This document shows positions 27,558 through 37,253 of a stretch of 64,000 bases of DNA, one piece after another. This DNA comes from Pyrobaculum sp. (GTDB lineage Archaea > Thermoproteota > Thermoprotei > Thermoproteales > Thermoproteaceae): positions 5,485 to 69,484 of the forward strand of contig JBKBOT010000004.1 in NCBI GenBank assembly GCA_046293555.1, written 5' to 3'. The notes beneath the pieces were generated by a model, which was given only the letters and a program-made list of their open reading frames with translations, searched no databases and had not been told where the DNA came from. The position numbers were made by a program, and so were the translations under genes. Position 1 is the stretch's first letter. Each line of letters opens with the position of its first letter.

Positions 27558-28696
27558 AACGCCGCCGGCAGTAAGGCAAAGACGGCCAGCCAGCTGGGTT
27601 GACGTACGTCCGGCTGGGGGGTTGGGTCGGCCACGACGGGCCTCCCGGCTAGGGAGTCAATTAGGGCTTTGGCTGGAGATGCGGCCAGAAAGGCGAGGTC
27701 TCCCTCTGTGGCTGTCATGAGGTCTGAAAAGGCGCTGGAGTATACATAGGGCCTGTCTGACGGGTGGCCGCCCCAGAGGTTGTGTATAAACGCCGCAGTG
27801 GCCGCCGCCTCCCCCACGCCGCGGTGTAATACAGCCACCACGTTGTCTCTAATGGTGTTGTTGGCAAAAAGGACGCCGGTGCCGTTTCTCCCCCATAGAG
27901 TTACCCCAAAGTAGTTCTCCACAATGTCGCAATTTTTAACTACAACACGTGTGCCGCCCCAGTAGAGGACAAAAACGCCGTGGATATTCCCACGGGAGGT
28001 ACAGCCGGCCACCTCTCCCTCTACCTCTGCCAGAAGTAGCCCGTAGCCCTCCGCCCAATTCCTGTTGTCTACCAACGTGGCGTTTTGTAACGTCGCCGCC
28101 GTGGTGTACATCAAGGCGGCTCCCACGTAGTTCTGGCGGGCGTAGAGACCCTCTATAGCCGCCCCGTGGCTAAACATCAGGTGGACGCCATATCTACAGT
28201 CCCAAGTCTCCACATTGCTGATTTTAACCCCCCTGGAGTACTCGACGTATATACAGTCGTGAAAATGTCTAAAAGAGGCCCACGCCGCCTCCACGTTGCT
28301 GGAGTTATATAGATACAGCCCCACGCCCCTCTTGTATATAGGGAGTCCCTCAAGCCCGACGGCGTTAATACCCCTAATGGCGACATTTGTGGAGTTAAAG
28401 ACCAGCACCCCCGAGCTACACCAGAGCTCTAGCCTCTCGACGGTTATATTCCTGCCCACAATTAACATACAGCCGGCTGTGGGCTTTAGCCTATATGCGG
28501 TCATAACTGCCGGGAGCTCTACGGCCACCTCCCCGCCTTTAACCACGGCGTTTTTTAAAACCACGTCGCTGGCGTTTATCACAAGCCTAGAGGCTGTGAT
28601 GTTTTCATAAACGCCTGGCTTGTCTATTATAACTACAGCCGCTAACGCCTTAACAGCTATTATACCAGCCAGGAGGAGAAGACCAAGCAGGGCCAT
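27536..28696 (-). CDS. nosD: NosD-like beta-helix protein (set 1)
   Basis: RGVGLYLYNS, DCIYVEYS, RYGVHLMFS, HNLWG. Confidence 0.8.
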   Translation of the reverse strand: MALLGLLLLAGIIAVKALAAVVIIDKPGVYENITASRLVINASDVVLKNAVVKGGEVAVELPAVMTAYRLKPTAGCMLIVGRNITVERLELWCSSGVLVFNSTNVAIRGINAVGLEGLPIYKRGVGLYLYNSSNVEAAWASFRHFHDCIYVEYSRGVKISNVETWDCRYGVHLMFSHGAAIEGLYARQNYVGAALMYTTAATLQNATLVDNRNWAEGYGLLLAEVEGEVAGCTSRGNIHGVFVLYWGGTRVVVKNCDIVENYFGVTLWGRNGTGVLFANNTIRDNVVAVLHRGVGEAAATAAFIHNLWGGHPSDRPYVYSSAFSDLMTATEGDLAFLAASPAKALIDSLAGRPVVADPTPQPDVRQPSWLAVFALLPAALWIFTRR

Positions 28697-29252
28697 AGTG
28701 GAAGTTATTTAAGACACATTTATAACTAACCACCTTCCTCACCTCTCCGCTAGGCTTCGGGGGGCTGTAGACATCGCCACCAATGGCTTTAACCCGCCAG
28801 GGGCTTGACGCCTCGCCTCTCTTGTACCTCTCCAGGTTTTGGGGTGCCACAGCCAATATCCCGGTGCCCATAGCGGTGAACTCCGTAGTGACCAAAAGGC
28901 TGGCCTCCCGCGCCTCTATCCATCTGCCCTCCACTCTATCTATCACACAGACTTGTAACACCTCCCCGCCCGAGTTCTCTACTTCTCTATGCCATGTGGC
29001 TAGACAGCCCACGTCGTCAAAAAAATACCACCGCTCTACTCCCCTCAACCTGACTTTCATCGCCGCGGCTGAGGGGGGGTAATCTACCACCATCTTGCAG
29101 ACTGGACACTCCTCCCGGCCGAAGACAAGCGGCGGCTCCTCCCCACAGTAAAGACCCCCCTCCCCGCCCCTCAGGCGGGACAATACGCCAAATAACGCCG
29201 CCGTCCCCACGAGGCCTAGGAGGAGGGCGAAAAAAGTGCGGCGGGTTGGCAT
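28650..29252 (-). CDS. nosL: NosL-like Cu chaperone with Tat-like signal
   Basis: RRTFF signal, CPVCKM, FFDDVGCL, TAMGTG. Confidence 0.8.
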   Translation of the reverse strand: MPTRRTFFALLLGLVGTAALFGVLSRLRGGEGGLYCGEEPPLVFGREECPVCKMVVDYPPSAAAMKVRLRGVERWYFFDDVGCLATWHREVENSGGEVLQVCVIDRVEGRWIEAREASLLVTTEFTAMGTGILAVAPQNLERYKRGEASSPWRVKAIGGDVYSPPKPSGEVRKVVSYKCVLNNFHYGPAWSSPPGWYNSC

Positions 29253-29941
29253 TAGTGGGTGTGCGTCGCCGCGCCTCTACACCAGTTGGGTCTAGGCATC
29301 CCGGTCTTCTGCATCACCTCTCTATATAGCTGAAGCATTTGGTCAAAAGTGTAGATAGTGGCGTTGTGTTTCTTGGCGTCGTCGGGGTTAGAGAAGGCAA
29401 ACACACAATCGCCCATGGGGGTCTTCCTGTCTTGTAAGATCACGTAATACGCCCTCTTGGCGTCTACATATAGCTCGACGCCACGTCTGTGAGCTTCATA
29501 ATCTGGCACCAACACCTGCTTGACCCCACCCAATACGTTCTTTATGTCATCCACAGTGGCGTTTAGCCTGGCGAGAAAACGCCATTTCTCTATAGGTATT
29601 AACTGCATCCTGAATATACAGCCGATGTCGTCAGTTCTGGCAGCTACCCCCTTGTCGAATATAACTCGCGCCGAGACTCCCATCTTTACAGCCTCAGCCA
29701 CATCCATGCCGCAGAATATACAACGGCGTTCAAAAGTGCCGTTTTTGACAAGTTGTTCCAACAGTGGAACAGGCTTGGCGACAGTTTGAGTCACCGTAGC
29801 GGTCTCGGTTGTTGTCACTGTTTGAGTCACCGTAGTGGCGACAGTTTGAGTCACCACCTTCGCCGGGGCTGTCGCTGTGCCAGCCAGATAGGCGGCGACC
29901 CCCACCACAATCGCCACCAGAAGTGGAACTACTATTTTCAT
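29252..29941 (-). CDS. nosL: NosL-like Cu chaperone with Thr-rich stalk
   Basis: CIFCGM, DDIGC, TPMG; N-terminal TM plus VTQTV repeats. Confidence 0.75.
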   Translation of the reverse strand: MKIVVPLLVAIVVGVAAYLAGTATAPAKVVTQTVATTVTQTVTTTETATVTQTVAKPVPLLEQLVKNGTFERRCIFCGMDVAEAVKMGVSARVIFDKGVAARTDDIGCIFRMQLIPIEKWRFLARLNATVDDIKNVLGGVKQVLVPDYEAHRRGVELYVDAKRAYYVILQDRKTPMGDCVFAFSNPDDAKKHNATIYTFDQMLQLYREVMQKTGMPRPNWCRGAATHTH

Positions 29942-30230
29942 AAAGGCCCATGTAATATTTTTGTTTAAACCTTATGGAACAACATGTGGGGAGTCTCCCG
30001 CGGGGGTGTTCTAGAGCGTTAGGCGTTGAGGTAGATATGGCCACATTAAGACATAGGCAAGGGAAAAATATGTAAAATATGCTGGACGACGCCGGCGGCC
30101 CTGAGGAGTCTCACAGGCTTTGTATATTAAAACGGCGCCGCTGCGATATTCCTTCAGAAGGAGGCCCCCTACAAGCTTATAACAGATAGGCGCTGGGGGA
30201 GGCCTAGAATTCTAAAAAGCCTAACGGACA

Positions 30231-30704
30231 CTACTTAACTTTAGACATGGCCACGCCTAACAAAACAAAGGCGTAGGCGAGTAGGAATACCCCAGCCTTT
30301 AGGTAAAACAAGGCTGCCCCAGCCACGTAGACCATCCCGGCGGCCTTAAAGAGGCCTACCCCCGTGGCCTTATATGCCCTTTCCATTAATATATAAAACG
30401 GCACTGTTGTGACTATCCAGGCGGCGGCCACGTGGGCTAGGTAGGGAGAGTTGGTGAGAAAGGCGGTGATAATAGTTAGCCTCAACGCCGCGGCTGTGGT
30501 CAGAGAGGCTGTAAGAGCTGTGGCAAACCAAAACAAGCCCATGGTGTAGATCTGCCTGTTGTTATAGTAATACGCCATCCATCTAGAGGCCAGTAGTAGA
30601 AAGATGTGGGCCACCACGGCCACTGGCAGTAATATCCCCTCAATTATAAAAGAGAGGGCGCCAACAACGCCGAAGACCTTGATAGGGCCGGGGTCTAGAG
30701 ACAT
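30231..30704 (-). CDS. Hypothetical membrane protein
   Basis: Hydrophobic ORF downstream of the aa3 operon. Confidence 0.55.
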   Translation of the reverse strand: MSLDPGPIKVFGVVGALSFIIEGILLPVAVVAHIFLLLASRWMAYYYNNRQIYTMGLFWFATALTASLTTAAALRLTIITAFLTNSPYLAHVAAAWIVTTVPFYILMERAYKATGVGLFKAAGMVYVAGAALFYLKAGVFLLAYAFVLLGVAMSKVK

Positions 30705-30709
30705 AACAG

Positions 30710-30895
30710 CTAAGACCTGGACTCATGTAGCCACCGCTCGTACCACCGCTCAAAATAATAATAAGCCAGCGCCATCATTCCAAGAACTAGAAATGAGGAG
30801 AAGAGCGGCGGGTCGAAGTGTATAAACGCCACAGCTACGGCGGCGGTCAGTAGAACTACGGCGACTGTTAGAGAAAACCACTTGAGAATCCTCAT
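30710..30895 (-). CDS. Small 2-TM protein, possible oxidase subunit IV-like
   Basis: ATG 30895 overlaps the upstream stop (ATGA); 61 aa, two TMs. Confidence 0.55.
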   Translation of the reverse strand: MRILKWFSLTVAVVLLTAAVAVAFIHFDPPLFSSFLVLGMMALAYYYFERWYERWLHESRS

Positions 30896-33487
30896 GCCGC
30901 CGTGGGCACAGGCCTTATGGCATGTATGGCGCCGAGGTAAAAGGTGACGAACAACACCACCCACACTCCGTCTACAAAATGCCAGTAGTACTCGGCGGCC
31001 TCCACGCCCTGAGGCCTCTTCTGGCTCCAGTAGCCCAACGCCACCAACACCGCCACTAGAGACCAGAAGACTAGACCAATTATCACGTGAAAGCCGTGAA
31101 GTGTGACTATGGCGTAGAAGTAGTTAGCCACTATGGAGGACGCCGGCGTAAAGCCTTCTTTTTGTAACGCCGGATACTCCACTAAAAACTGGCTGCCTGC
31201 AAAAAAGGCCCCCAGGGCCGTGGTTACAGCAAGCCATAGATAGAACTGACGCAAGTTGCCTCTCTGGAGGCTTCTCCTGGCGGCCATGGCCGTGAAGCTA
31301 CTTCCCCACAAGGCAAAAGTCATGGCTAGAGACAGGGGGCCTATTAAAGAGGGTAGATGCGTCAAGGCGGCGTTCCAGTTGTCAAATAGCACCACCCTGG
31401 CGTAATATGCCGAAGATATCAACGTGCCGAAGAGGGCTACCTCAGACAGGATTATCCACACCATAGACAGCCTCAAGTCCCCCCAGAGGGTGGGCGGCTT
31501 TGGCATCTCCACATGTGCCCCATTTAACATGCGGAGAGCCTTGGCGTGTTTTACCTGGTCTGCGAGAAACCACGCGACGCCAAGTGACATAAACACGGCT
31601 ATAGCCACAAGCCCAAATTGTGGCGCGGAGAGAAATGGATAGTTTTGAAGTATGGGGGAGACGCCTTTGAGCAGCGAGAGGACGCCGAGCCCCAACGGGA
31701 TCAAGCCGGTGGCTAAGATAAATGGCCACGGGTTTGGCGAGTGGTGTGGCTTCACCAACGGCGGTATTACGTCCGGAAGGCCATATCTAGCAGAGCCCCA
31801 GGGGTCTTCCCTATTTTTAACCGCAGGCCCGTTGAGCAGGCTATAGAGGAGGTTTATGAAATACAACACAACACCCGTGGTGAGGATAATTGTGAAGATA
31901 GACATGGCGGCGTGGTATGGATAGAGGTCTGGGGTGGGGGCTGCCGAGTATCTCCTAGGCGACCCCAAAACGCCGGCGGCAGACATTAGCGTATATGTGA
32001 CAAAACCCCCTATGGTTATCAGACCCCAGCTAAACACAGCAAGCCTCTCGTTATACCATCTGCCAGTTAAGTGAGGGAAGTAGTACAGCAAGGCGCCGAA
32101 GATAGAGAAGGCGATGGCGTTGACGATGTAGTGGAAGTGTCCAATCACAAAGTAGGTGTCTTGTAGGGTTAAGCGTAACTACTGGGAAAAACACGCCGGT
32201 GACGCCGCCTACGATAAAAAAGAGGAGAAAGGTAAACATAAACAACATGGGGGCTCTTAGCAATATCCTGCCGCCGTATAGGGTGGCGGTCCAGTTAAAG
32301 ACCTTTACGCCAGAGGGGATGGCCACAGCCATGGTGGCAATAGCCATGGCTAGCCTAGGGGCGTAGTCCTGCACTGCGGTAAACATGTGGTGCATCCAGA
32401 CGGCGAAGCTTATGGAGGCTATAGCCACAGACGACACGGCAATAGCTGTGTAGCCATAGGCCCTCCTCCTGGCCATCCTCTGTATAACCTCTGAGACAAG
32501 CCCCATGGCTGGCAACACCAGGATGTAGACCTCCGGATGGCCAAAGAACCAGAAGATGTGTTGAAACAGCCGCGGGTCTCCCGACGCCGCCGGGTTGTTA
32601 GGCACCACCGTGAAGAAGTGAAGGCCCAGGTGTCTCTCTACTAACAACATGATCGCCCCGGCCGCCAGGGGGGGCAGCGCCACAACCATGAGAAGAGACG
32701 TGGCGAGGATAGACCAGGCAAAGAGAGACATATCTAACATCTTTATGTCAGGTCTCCTCAGCCTAGTTATGGTGAGGAGGAAGTTTATCCCAGTTAAGGT
32801 AGAGGACATGCCGGAGATTATTACCGCCAACAGTATGAGATCTACGCCGATAGACCTGCTAAATGTGCTAAGCGGGGGGTATAACGTCCAGCCTATAGAG
32901 TCGCCGTGTTGCCAAAAGAGGAGGCTACTCCACATGAAGGCCGTTGCGGGGACCTGCATCCAGAGGGAGAGGGCGTTTACCCGAGGCCAGTAGAGGTCAG
33001 GCGCCCCGATTAGCTTAGGCACAAGAATGTTTGCCACCCCCGTCACGGCCTGCATGGCAAATAGTAATAACATGCCAAGGCCGTGAAGAGACATAAACCA
33101 TGTATATAACAAGTCGTCGAAGGGTGGCGAGACGCCAGGGGTAGCCACGGCGGTGGTAGGAGGGCTATTGGCGATAGCAAGCCGCATGTAAATAGCGACA
33201 AAGCCCGCCAAGGCGAAGTTTACTATAGAAAAGAGTATGTACATTATGCCTATCTTGTGGGCATCGGTAGTGGTTAGGTAGTCGCCCAATATCTCTGACA
33301 CGGGCTTCCCCCCCTTTCTCTGTTCACTATTTGCGGGTTCATTAGGGGCCACCACGGAAGCAGAGCCATACGGCTCCACCCCCGCCTCAGATGGCGCCGG
33401 TCCCATGGAGGCGGGGCGAGATTTTCCAAAAGCCTTTCTAACGAAACTACCCAAAATGTATGGTAGGTAGAACTTTTGGCTCTTCAT
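30892..33487 (-). pseudogene. aa3-type heme-copper oxidase fused subunit I+III, frameshifted near 32165-32177
   Basis: Frame 1: TTDAHKIG, SLHG, WFFGHPEVY, WMHHMF, GGVTGV. Frame 2 resumes LQDTYFVIGHFHY and continues into subunit III (SEVALF, LHGFHV, YWHFVD). Confidence 0.85.
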
Positions 33488-34154
33488 GTGGCCACCACCT
33501 GGCCTAACATTAGGTAGTGTTTTGCTCCACAAAACTCTGCACAGAATATGTGATATACGCCGGGTTTCTCCACTTGTAGCCACATGGTGTACCACCGGCC
33601 GGGCACTGCGTCGTATTTATACCCCAGCTCTCTGATGTAGAAGGAGTGTACTACATCTCTAGACGTGGCCTCTAGCCTATACAACTTACCCGCCTTTATG
33701 TATAGGGTATTTACCGTAGTTGTGCCGTTTGGATATTCAAATATCCAACTATATCTAACTGCATATACCTTGATAGCCTCGTATTCCCCGGCGCCGAAAG
33801 CCCTGCCGGCGGCTGCCCTCCCGTAGTTTGATAAAGACCCACGGCGGTTATATAGGCTAGGTACCCCAATATAGCCGCCGCGCCTAATATGGTGGCGTAT
33901 TCAAGAGCTTTCCCCCTCTCCATGGCCTCTCTCTCTGAACCTGTACATGAAGAAAACTATGGCGCCCAGAAATAAGGCCACCACAACGCCGGCCGATATC
34001 GCCACGATTGTATACGCCTCAACTTGCGATATTGGAGATGCGGGGTCAAAGGGGGGCTTTCCGAAGTTTACTATATAAAGCCACGTGGCCAGTATGGCAT
34101 GGCCAGTATGGCGACAACCACCCCCATATAGACCCCGAGGTCTTTCAAAGTCAT
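33484..34154 (-). pseudogene. aa3-type oxidase subunit II (CuA), three frameshifts
   Basis: Fragments MTLKDLGVY / ATWLYIVNFG..YRFRERGHGE / KALEYATILG..SAPG / EYEAIKVYAVRYSW..DVVHSF..CAEFCGAKHYLM. Breaks at a 14-bp duplication (34086-34112), near a C5 run (33912-33916) and at a C4 run (33786-33789). Confidence 0.88.
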
Positions 34155-34214
34155 GTAAAAAAGTAGAGAATTCTATTTAAAAATCTTATTCTATCTAAAA
34201 TTGGAGTAAATTCT

Positions 34215-34230
34215 GTATCTATGTAGATAC
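34215..34230. promoter_or_regulatory. Palindrome GTATCTA-TG-TAGATAC just upstream of the ctaA-like BRE/TATA
   Basis: Perfect 7-bp arms, 6 nt before TTATATA (34237). Confidence 0.55.
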
Positions 34231-34262
34231 CAAGGCTTATATACCACGAAATAAGTAGGGCC

Positions 34263-35111
34263 ATGCGCCTTCCTGTCGCGGTGAGGAGCGCCTTTATTTC
34301 TGTGCTCTTGGTCAGCTTTACAGGCGGCTTAACTGCGGGGCTTGGCCATGGTTTTGACTTAGGCACCGCGTGGCCTGGCGAGCCGCTGGTAGTTTTGCTT
34401 ACGCTTATACAGGGGAGCCTAGAGCCAGTCCACAGGCTTTTAACCATAGCTGCCGGCGTCTTGTATGTAGTAGTCTTTGCGCTCGCCCTGAGGACTGGGG
34501 CTAGGCCTCTCGTCTATCTGGCCGCTACGGCTCTGGCGTTTCTAATAGCCACAGCCCTCACCGGCAGGGTGGTGTTGTTAGTTCTCGGCGGCGAGGTGCC
34601 GGCGCCGTGGTCTTACGCCGTATACCCCCTAAACAACGCCTTAGCTCTCGCCGCAGCCATGTCTATGGCCCTGTTGGCCTCTATGTTTACACCTCCTGTT
34701 TCCACAAGGGGGGGTTATCTCTTCAGGGGGGCTGCCTTCTGGGGCGCCGTGGCTTCTATCTCTGGCGCATATATCCTCGGCTACCACAAGATAACGCGGA
34801 CGCCACTTCAATACGGCCTAATCCCCACCTTTGACGACCTGCCGTGGTTAATACACCTACTTTCTGCAACGGTTGCGGTAGCTCTAGCTGCGGCAGGTCT
34901 GGCTATAAACAAGAGGGGGGTTTGGCATTGGCTTCTTCTAGCGTCGCTTTTGGCACAGCCGGCTACAGGCCTGTTGATGTATCTAGGGGCTTCCACAGAC
35001 CCGTGGGCCCCTGGCCCCCAGGCGGGTCTCCACGCCGCATTTGCCCACCTGTTTGTTATCTCCGCCTTTGTTATCTATGTGAGGGGTAGACAATGGACAT
35101 CCCGTACCTAG
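34263..35111 (+). CDS. ctaA: Heme A synthase-like (CtaA/COX15) protein
   Basis: 8 TMs, G..G.AWP, EPVHRLL, LIHLL, GLHAAFA; oxidase context. Lacks the usual Cys pair. Confidence 0.65.
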   Translation: MRLPVAVRSAFISVLLVSFTGGLTAGLGHGFDLGTAWPGEPLVVLLTLIQGSLEPVHRLLTIAAGVLYVVVFALALRTGARPLVYLAATALAFLIATALTGRVVLLVLGGEVPAPWSYAVYPLNNALALAAAMSMALLASMFTPPVSTRGGYLFRGAAFWGAVASISGAYILGYHKITRTPLQYGLIPTFDDLPWLIHLLSATVAVALAAAGLAINKRGVWHWLLLASLLAQPATGLLMYLGASTDPWAPGPQAGLHAAFAHLFVISAFVIYVRGRQWTSRT

Positions 35112-37231
35112 CCCTCCTCATAGCGGCCATAGCTCTCAACGCCGCGGCGGCATTTTACAGAAGGCTGGGCCCTCTGGCTTTTGTATCAGTTGGAGCCCTA
35201 GTGGCGTATCACTACGCCCTTTTTCTTCTCGGAGATTTTAGACTCGTCTTGGTGTATATAAACGCGGCTGTGGGCCAGACGGCGTTAGAGAGGGCTACAG
35301 CCGCCATAGCCTCCATCCCGGGCGCCGTATATCTAATGGCGTTGCCCACAGCCGCCGTGTTTAAAAGAGGCGGCCACCTGGCGGCCGCCTTGTTGTTAAC
35401 ATACGCCGCCCTCGAGAGGCCCTTCTTGACTATAGACGACGTCCTCCCTGGATATATCCCCCAGTCTGGAATGGGGCTAAACCCCCTCCTCCGAAGCGTA
35501 TGGGCAGTGCCACATCCCGTGGCGGTGTTGGTGGGCTACGGCCTTATCGTCGCGGCGGCGGCGTCAAGCTCTGAGAGGCTTCTCAAATGGGGCTGGGCCT
35601 CTGTCTCCCTCGGCTTACTTCTCGGCGCCATATGGAGCTACCAGACTTTCGGCTGGGCTGGCTACTGGGCGTGGGACCCCGTGGAAAACGCCCTGCTGGC
35701 CGTCTGGCTTGTGACGACTGCCGCGTTGCACCTCAAAAACCGCGGCGGGATGGTGGCGGCCGTGGGGGTCGTGCTAGGCGCCGTGGGACTAAACCAAGGC
35801 GGTTTTTCCGCCCTCCATAGCTTCGTCGGGGGGACCCCCACGCCGCAGGTAATGCTGGCGGCGTCTTTAGCCCTGTTGACATACGGCATCTATAAGTCCA
35901 CAGAGGGGGTAAAAGATGGCATGTTGGCAATGGCGGCGTTTGGCATGATGGCAGTAGGTGTGGTTATATACATAACGGCGGCGGTTCCAGCTCTCTACTC
36001 TATAGCCACCTCTACGGCTGTACAGCCCCCAGCTGGCGACGTCTTTGTGGCAAGCTTTCTCTACCCCCTGGCGGCCTCTGTGTTGTCGGGGCTCTTCCTG
36101 GCGGCTGTATATCACGGCGTTGGGGTGAAGAGGGGGGTTGTGATTTTTGCCGCCATATTAGCCCTCTCGGCAGTTCTCTCCTGGGTTTTTAAGCCGGCCT
36201 TCGAGAGCCCCATTGCCACAAACTTTTTTGTATATGCCATAGCCGCCGCGGCTCTAGCTGCGGCATACCAGACGGCTAGAAGTAACTACGGGAGGTGGCA
36301 TAAGGCTCTTCACGTTGTTGCCTTCCTGCTGGTGGCCCTACTGGCCGCCAGCGGGCCTTTTTCATACAGCCAGAGTTACTACAAGCTGCTGGCAGTAGAT
36401 AGAGTCGGCGCGGTTTACTTCACCCTACTGGATTGGCCCTACCCACAACAGGTCTCCCTAGTCGACATAGCCGTCACGCAAGATGGGAGAGTTGTGGAGG
36501 TTCCCCCAACGGCGCAGGTGGAGCCCCCGCCTAACTATACGGCATTTGTCAAAAGGGTTGACGGCAAGTTTAGCCTAGGCGGGCTGAACTACAGCGTCGT
36601 GGAGCTAGGGGGGATCCCATATGTGGTAGTATGGGGAGGCGGGCAGGAGCTGGGCCGGGTCGGCGGCGTGCCGGTAGTAGAGGTGGAGAGAAACGGCACC
36701 GTGGTGGTCTTCCCCGCACCGCTGGACTTAATAAAGGCGCTGGAGACAAGCCCCAGGTGGGCGAAAAGGTTCTTAGAGTGTTTTAACTCCAGCCGCCTGG
36801 CCCCCGGCGGCGTGGAGGTCAGGGGGGTTCTGTCGATAGACGGCGTGGAGGCGCCCTTCGTGGTGAGGTACGACATATCCGGCTGGCTTAAGGGCGTTGG
36901 GGCTTTAACCGCCGGCGTGGTGGACATCTATAAGCCCGTGGTGGGCTACCACGCGGTGGCGATACCCCCAACTACCCTAGAGGGCGTCGCGTGGGATTAC
37001 GCCACACGTCAATACGCCGCCTTGTTGTTACAACAATGCAACGCCCCCATGGCATATGCCGTGTTAAAAACAACAGGCGTCAAAAACCTCACCTCCGCCG
37101 TGACCTATCTTGAAGCCACACAAGACATCTGGGTGGTGGGATTCAAGCCCGTACCCCTAATTTTAGAGCTGTGGGTATTTTCCGCAATACTTATAATTGT
37201 CGCGATATATAAGTACAAAGACAAAGTTTAA
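35093..37231 (+). CDS. ccmF: Cytochrome c heme lyase CcmF
   Basis: PHP..L.GY, GAIWSYQTFGWAGYWAWDPVENA, LHSF. Confidence 0.9.
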   Translation: MDIPYLALLIAAIALNAAAAFYRRLGPLAFVSVGALVAYHYALFLLGDFRLVLVYINAAVGQTALERATAAIASIPGAVYLMALPTAAVFKRGGHLAAALLLTYAALERPFLTIDDVLPGYIPQSGMGLNPLLRSVWAVPHPVAVLVGYGLIVAAAASSSERLLKWGWASVSLGLLLGAIWSYQTFGWAGYWAWDPVENALLAVWLVTTAALHLKNRGGMVAAVGVVLGAVGLNQGGFSALHSFVGGTPTPQVMLAASLALLTYGIYKSTEGVKDGMLAMAAFGMMAVGVVIYITAAVPALYSIATSTAVQPPAGDVFVASFLYPLAASVLSGLFLAAVYHGVGVKRGVVIFAAILALSAVLSWVFKPAFESPIATNFFVYAIAAAALAAAYQTARSNYGRWHKALHVVAFLLVALLAASGPFSYSQSYYKLLAVDRVGAVYFTLLDWPYPQQVSLVDIAVTQDGRVVEVPPTAQVEPPPNYTAFVKRVDGKFSLGGLNYSVVELGGIPYVVVWGGGQELGRVGGVPVVEVERNGTVVVFPAPLDLIKALETSPRWAKRFLECFNSSRLAPGGVEVRGVLSIDGVEAPFVVRYDISGWLKGVGALTAGVVDIYKPVVGYHAVAIPPTTLEGVAWDYATRQYAALLLQQCNAPMAYAVLKTTGVKNLTSAVTYLEATQDIWVVGFKPVPLILELWVFSAILIIVAIYKYKDKV

Positions 37232-37253
37232 ATATTGTGAGATTTCTAACTCC

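Noticed and set aside
29779-29855. Three copies of GTTTGAGTCACC resembling a mini-array
   Set aside because: In-frame VTQTV repeats of a Thr-rich stalk with irregular short spacing; not CRISPR.
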